DNA of 64,000 bases from Octopus vulgaris (taxonomy: Eukaryota), in NCBI GenBank assembly GCA_951406725.2, contig OX597825.1, positions 67,518,001 to 67,582,000 on the forward strand, in the 5' to 3' direction. The translations under genes were made by a program, and so were the position numbers. Below are positions 58,511-64,000 of the stretch, one piece after another (position 1 is the stretch's first letter; each line of letters opens with the position of its first letter). The notes beneath the pieces are model-generated. The model was not told the origin of the DNA, ran no database searches, and saw only the letters and a list, made by a program, of their open reading frames with translations.

Positions 58511-58554
58511 CCACCTGAAGATTGTCATTTGAAGACATGAAACAATTGTAGTGG
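58511..58554 (+). ncRNA. type I hammerhead ribozyme
   Basis: ccac CTGAAGA t TGTC atttgaa GACA t GAAAC AATT GTA gtgg. Confidence 0.85.
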
Positions 58555-58646
58555 CGGTTTTTTTTACTTTTTATTAAAATTGTATGTATTGATTAAGTCT
58601 TTCCTTGTTTGTTTTGCAAAATAGTGGTTTTGTCTCTAATTAATAT

Positions 58647-58790
<144 letters not shown>

Positions 58791-58794
58791 AAGA

Positions 58795-59020
58795 GCGGCG
58801 AGCTGGCAGAAACGTTAGCGCCGGGAGATATGTTTAGGGGTATTAAGTCTGTCGTTAAGTTCTGTGTTCAAATTTCGCTGAGGTCGACTTTGCCTTTCAT
58901 CCTTTCGGGGTCGATTAAATAAGTACTAGTTACGCACTGGGGTCCATGTAATCGACTTAATACCTTTGTCTGTCCTTGTTTTTCCCCTCTATGTTTAGCC
59001 CCCTGTGGACAAAAAAGATA
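58795..59020 (+). mobile_element. SINE family D
   Basis: gcggcgagctggcagaaacgttagc head through gtttagccccctgtgg. Confidence 0.85.
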
Positions 59021-59030
59021 TATGTATGCA

Positions 59031-59076
<46 letters not shown>

Positions 59077-59084
<8 letters not shown>

Positions 59085-59656
59085 TTATATATGAGGATAA
59101 TAACATTTAACGTGGTTTTATAGTCAGAGTTTCGACTGCTATTTCGGCATGTTGGTGTCTTTTAGACACCCTCATTTTTAATTGTTAAAATTTTTTTACC
59201 TTTGTAAGGTATTTCTTTCATGCTGGCCACTTGATAATTTCGACACTTAAATATCGATATTATCCTCATATATAAATTTATATAATTCGTTATTATATTC
59301 ACTGCGGTGCTTATTTTAACCATATCGTACTTATGCGGTGATTTGGCGGGCGATTCAAACAGGCTGTGTCCATACGTGCATATGTATGTATGTACGGCGC
59401 TCGTATATGTAAGTATATCGTTTGCTGTGCATATATATATCTGTATTTATGTACCCTTGATATATTCAATTGATGACGGTAAAGCTTATCTAAAGCAGAA
59501 CCAGAAATCATTGGATCTTGAATTATTCAATAATTTTTGCTTGTATGTTTTGCCCCTCCGCTTTACCTCATGTTGCGATGTGAACATTTAACGTGGTTTT
59601 ATAGTCAGAGTTTCGACTGCTATTTCGGCATGTTGGTGCCTTTTAGACACCCTCAT

Positions 59657-59665
<9 letters not shown>
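59077..59665 (+). mobile_element. short PLE-like element with direct terminal repeat and hammerhead (59464-59523)
   Basis: 59103-59183 repeated at 59583-59663; attcaa TTGATGA c ggt...acc a GAAAT CATTGG ATC ttgaat; homologous to 21520-22040. Confidence 0.7.
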
Positions 59666-59687
<22 letters not shown>

Positions 59688-59688
<1 letters not shown>

Positions 59689-60061
59689 GAGCAAAACACC
59701 CGCTCAGTGCTGAGTTGTCAAACATTTAAACCAAATTTTCTCAAAACAACTTGTCCGACCGTCCCATAGGCCTCCCCTTTGAGAAATACTGATTTAAACT
59801 AAATTTGAGACACCAGCAAAAGAAGAAATAACGATAGACTTTTCCTTGCGTACGCCTAGTATCGATTGCAACAGCTGATGTACTTGCCCGTACAAATGCA
59901 CGTTCCCATGGCTTTATCGATCGCATTCTCACCTGGAATAGACTTTTGTAATTTTTTCAAGACTTATACACGCCCTGATACCGTCGGTATTTGAGCGCAA
60001 TCGGCTGGAAGATGCCCGAGATCCTAGAAGAAACACACACAGAGACAGACAGAACGGAATT

Positions 60062-60069
<8 letters not shown>
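59688..60069 (-). mobile_element. possible Helitron-like non-autonomous element
   Basis: - strand begins tataatataaattccgttctgtctgtct (similar style to 426-807) and has hairpin ctcag-ca-ctgag near the end, but no CTAG terminus. Confidence 0.35.
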
Positions 60070-60129
<60 letters not shown>

Positions 60130-60179
60130 GGAAAAAATTCAAGGTAGAAAATGCTAAAACCATTTTATAAAAAACATTT

Positions 60180-60215
60180 CAGTACCGGGTTCAGTCATTG
60201 AGACTTTTTAAACTG
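60180..60215 (-). ncRNA. degenerate hammerhead-like motif
   Basis: - strand: cag TTTAAAA AGTC tcaat GACT GAACC CG GTA ctg. Confidence 0.4.
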
Positions 60216-61640
60216 TAAGTATGGAAAGCAATTAAATTTTGGAAAAATAAAAAGTAAAGATTTTTTGAAAGAATATTCGCATATTATTCAAATACAAGGG
60301 GCATTTTCCTTCTGTTTCCCTGTCTCTGTCTCTGTTACGACCTGGTGGCCAAAACCCGTATTTACACAACCGACAATGATTGGGTGAACCCAAAACAACA
60401 TCACACCAGGAAGGTTTTTCTTTGATATTATTAACAATTAAATGTCAGCATACACAAACAGCCATCATACAACACGAATATATACGAACAAAATAGATTA
60501 ATGCTACACTAGACGTGCAGTTACCATATTTATGAAGGTAAAATATATATAGTTAAAAAATTCGGACTATATTTCACGAACTTTACTTCACAATCTTGGA
60601 TTCGTAACTCTGGATTCACAAATTTAGTTTCACCAAAATTTAGCTACACTAACCTAGCCTCACAAATTTGGTTTTCAAATAAATATGGATTCCGAGACTT
60701 TAGATTCATAAAATCTAGCTTCACAAATTCGGTTTTCGAACCTTGGACCTAAACATAAATAAATCTAAAATCAAAGCAACTATATACACTTAGAAGTTCA
60801 TGACACCGAACAGCTGCCTGACTACATCAATAATTATAGTTTAAAAATTTATATCTAGTTTGATTAAATTCACACAAAACTGTTTCATACAAACTTGCTG
60901 AGTAAGCATTAGACAAAATTTACAATTAGTTGTCTAATACTACAAAACTGGCTACATAAAAAATTAAATTCATACACCCTCTAGCTTTTTATACAAATTT
61001 TTTATCATTTATCATAACAGAAAATAGCAAGCAAAATTACTACGCAACCTGTCACAATTTCAGGGTTCAAAATTCACATAAATATTACAATAACATAACT
61101 TAACACATTTTTGTACTCACCCAGATGTGAAACAGAAATTATTTTAAAACTGACAAGCAACATGTTCTGACGAATTCCTGCATAAAAGAATTCCATAAAT
61201 GCCCAACACAAAGCACAAAGTACATAAACTAAATAGGTAATCATAGCTTCCGGTTTCTTTATTAGCCACAAGGGCCCAAACATTGAGGGGGACAAACAAG
61301 GACAGACAGGACAGCACAGAGGGGACAATACATAGAATGAATATGATGAGATGATTATACAATAATGGGGTTATGAATGGCTGCATGCGCCCCTCATCAC
61401 ATGCATTACAATTAATATTTTTAAACTGTCCGTTTTTATCATATTTTTAACTAACAATTAATTAACGTCTACTATTACAATTATTTGAACCGTTATATGT
61501 TCTCTAAAAATGTTCTTTTATTTTTCCGATATTATTAGACATAACATAAAACACTTACTCTTTCTTTTTTTCTTTTTTCCCTCCTTTTTCTTTTTCTTTT
61601 CTTTTTTTTTTACTGTCGATTTGACATACTTATTTATATT

Positions 61641-62275
61641 TTAGTAATATTTCATTAATCGTTCGATTTCTACTAAATCCACTACTGGTGGCAATTCTTC
61701 GAATTCCACCGTTATTCCTGATGGGTCGATGTTATCTCCACACATTTCTTGCAGTCTTTTATAACTTTCCTCTTCAATTACTATCGTCTTCATGTCCTCT
61801 GCATATATATGTATGCTGGTATCTTTACTCTTACTATTTGGTGGAACATAAGTATTTTCTTCTCTGTTCCAATGTTCTTCGGGTAGGTTACGTACTACCA
61901 TACACCATTCCCTTTAATTTTCTTTCCTTTATTTTGGCTTTTCTGTTCTCTTTTTTCCTCCTCCACTCTAAACAGTCTCTCTAATTCTTCTTCGGCCGGC
62001 TGAATTTCCGAATCCTTTTCTACCGGAGCAACTGGTATTTTTACTTGTAGCTCCACTTTCTTTTTACTTTCTTTCTTTGTCGGCCTTTTGTCTTCCTTCC
62101 TGCTGACCTTCACAGTTTCTTTTCTCATATCTTCTCTCTTCTTTTTTCTGTTTCTCTGGCGGAGAACCATTCCCTCCACTCCTCCTTCTCTTGTTTTTTT
62201 TACAACAGTCATATCATCATCTGTTTCTTTTGTCTCGACCTGTTCTACCTGGTCTCCGCTCTTAAACAGGCAATC
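61641..62275 (-). pseudogene. frameshifted Lys/Glu-rich coding remnant, possibly retroelement ORF1-like
   Basis: Two overlapping ORFs (105 and 86 aa) with purine-rich coding bias; no recognisable motif. Confidence 0.35.
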
Positions 62276-62297
62276 ATAGCTTCCATAAACGAATTGA

Positions 62298-62820
62298 TTT
62301 CGAGCAAGAGTTTAAGGGAGCGCATCTCAAGCCGAGCAGTTATTCTGTTCTGATGAAGAGAAATAACCAGAAACCATTGGTACGCAGGTATTGCTTTGAG
62401 CTAAGTGGGGACACTAAAGTCACTTGTTCGAAAATATAAGTACACAACTATTGTGTCATACAGCTAGGTGGAAACGATGTTTCCTCGGGCTAAATAACAG
62501 TAACAATCATCTTGAACGGGACTTCCACATTATGTTGGCAAATAATCTTACTCTAGAGTACTGTTACTGAATGTCTCTCGTTCAGAGATTTAGAAATAAT
62601 AATTTTTTATTTATTAGCTTAGTGACTGTGTGTCACTTTGAAAAATATATATTTCGAACAAGAGTCTAGTGGCACCATCTCTAGCCAAGCAGTTATTCTG
62701 TGCTGATGAAGGGAACTAACCTAGAAAGCATTGGTGTGCAGATATTGCTCTGAGCTGAGTGGGGACACTAAACTGTTACTGAATGTATTTCGTTCAGAGA
62801 TTTAGAAATAATTATTATTG
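62298..62820 (+). repeat. degenerate tandem repeat, ~353 bp period, hammerhead motif in each unit (62344-62388, 62697-62742)
   Basis: tctgt(t/g) CTGATGA ... GAAA(C/G) CATTG GT(A/G) (c/t)gcag in both units; unit 2 has an internal deletion. Confidence 0.7.
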
Positions 62821-63259
62821 TATCTTGTCGTATACTGTCCACTGTCCACTTTTTGTTGCCAAACACTGGCCGCTTGCTTCTTGAAGTTCACAAACGTCCT
62901 ACACTGGGATCTCCCGATCATATGTGCATATTGATATAGCTAGACAGATAGACAGACAGATATCACTGTAGAAAAGAAAAGACGGTAATTACACTGACTT
63001 TAGAAATGCCCCACAATTTTCAAAACTAGGCAGAATTTCTGCCAGTAATTTTTAGTCCAAATTAGTAAAATTTTATTTATCTAAGAATATAATACCTAAC
63101 CTAGTAATTGTTTCGTGACACAGATTGAAAATAGGAATCCAAATGTAGTCATGAAGGGGGAACATGAGTAGTAGTGAAAGGCAGATGTCTAAGACGCTGG
63201 AAGGATTGTAGGATGAGGGTTGAGGAAGGATTTACATTACTGTTGGTGAATAATGAAAG

Positions 63260-63760
63260 TTTTGGATGCTCGAAGTAAAAGTGTGAATGAAATGCTTTAG
63301 GACACGCACGATAAAATGAACTGAAAATAAACGACATGATTTACGATATACTTGTGTAAATGGAAATAGATTCAAATCTTTACCGTGTAGATTTTTAAAT
63401 GTTCGTGTTTGTATTTTTAGACATGTAGATATTTATTTTAACCCCTTAAACGCGTAATTTAGTTTCAAGGTTGCTACCGTACTAATATTAATTATCCCCT
63501 AAAATATACAAGGTTTGGATGCTCGAAGTAAAAGTGCGACTGAAATGCTTTAGGACACGCATGATAAGGTGAATTGAAAATAAATTACATGTTTTAAGAT
63601 ATCCTTATGTAAATGGAAATAGATTCAAATCTTTTCCGTGTAGGTTTTAAATGTTCGTGTCTGTATTTTTAGACACGTAGATATTTATCTTAACCCCTTA
63701 AAGGCGTAATTTAGTTTCATGCTGGCTCCTGTACTAATATTAATTATCCCCTAAAATATA
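63260..63760. repeat. tandem duplication, ~253 bp unit
   Basis: tttggatgctcgaagtaaaagtg...attatcccctaaaatata occurs twice head-to-tail. Confidence 0.9.
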
Positions 63761-64000
63761 GAATTGGTATTTTCTGAATGTTACGTTACCACTACTAAAC
63801 TTTACATACTTCAAGAAAATATATTTTCAAATATAACATTCCTCAATAAAAGACAGACTGATGTGTAAAACTGCTTCCCGCAATTATGTTTAATAAAATT
63901 TCGAGTGGATAAGTCTTTTTTTCCATAGTAAATAGGTTAAATATAAATTTTTAAACATAGAAAGTTCCTACATGTGACAGAAGATTAACGAGATTATTTT

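Noticed and set aside
60333-61019. Possible solo LTR (TGTTACGA...TCATAACA)
   Set aside because: No target-site duplication, PBS or second copy visible

Overview
AT-rich, microsatellite-saturated eukaryotic intergenic or intronic DNA. The repeat families look like those of an Octopus (coleoid cephalopod) genome; this is an inference from the repeats alone. No complete host gene is evident, only two weak exon candidates on the - strand. Almost all six-frame ORFs are artefacts of (TA)n, (CA)n and (TAGA)n tracts. The window is a dense transposable-element landscape: several tRNA-derived SINE families with shuffled modules, RTE-like and CR1-group LINE fragments, mariner and Tc1 relics, non-autonomous Helitrons, and many Penelope-like element (PLE) derivatives. 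The most notable signal is about 19 type-I hammerhead ribozyme (HHR) or HHR-like motifs on both strands, mostly in elements embedded in (TA)n tracts. They include a GIY-YIG ORF with an Asn-rich N-terminus and a downstream canonical HHR (40970-43520), a 3.8 kb non-coding element with 1.2 kb inverted arms each carrying an HHR (54822-58654), a tandem ~353 bp HHR repeat resembling a retrozyme (62298-62820), and short families with recurrent non-canonical cores.
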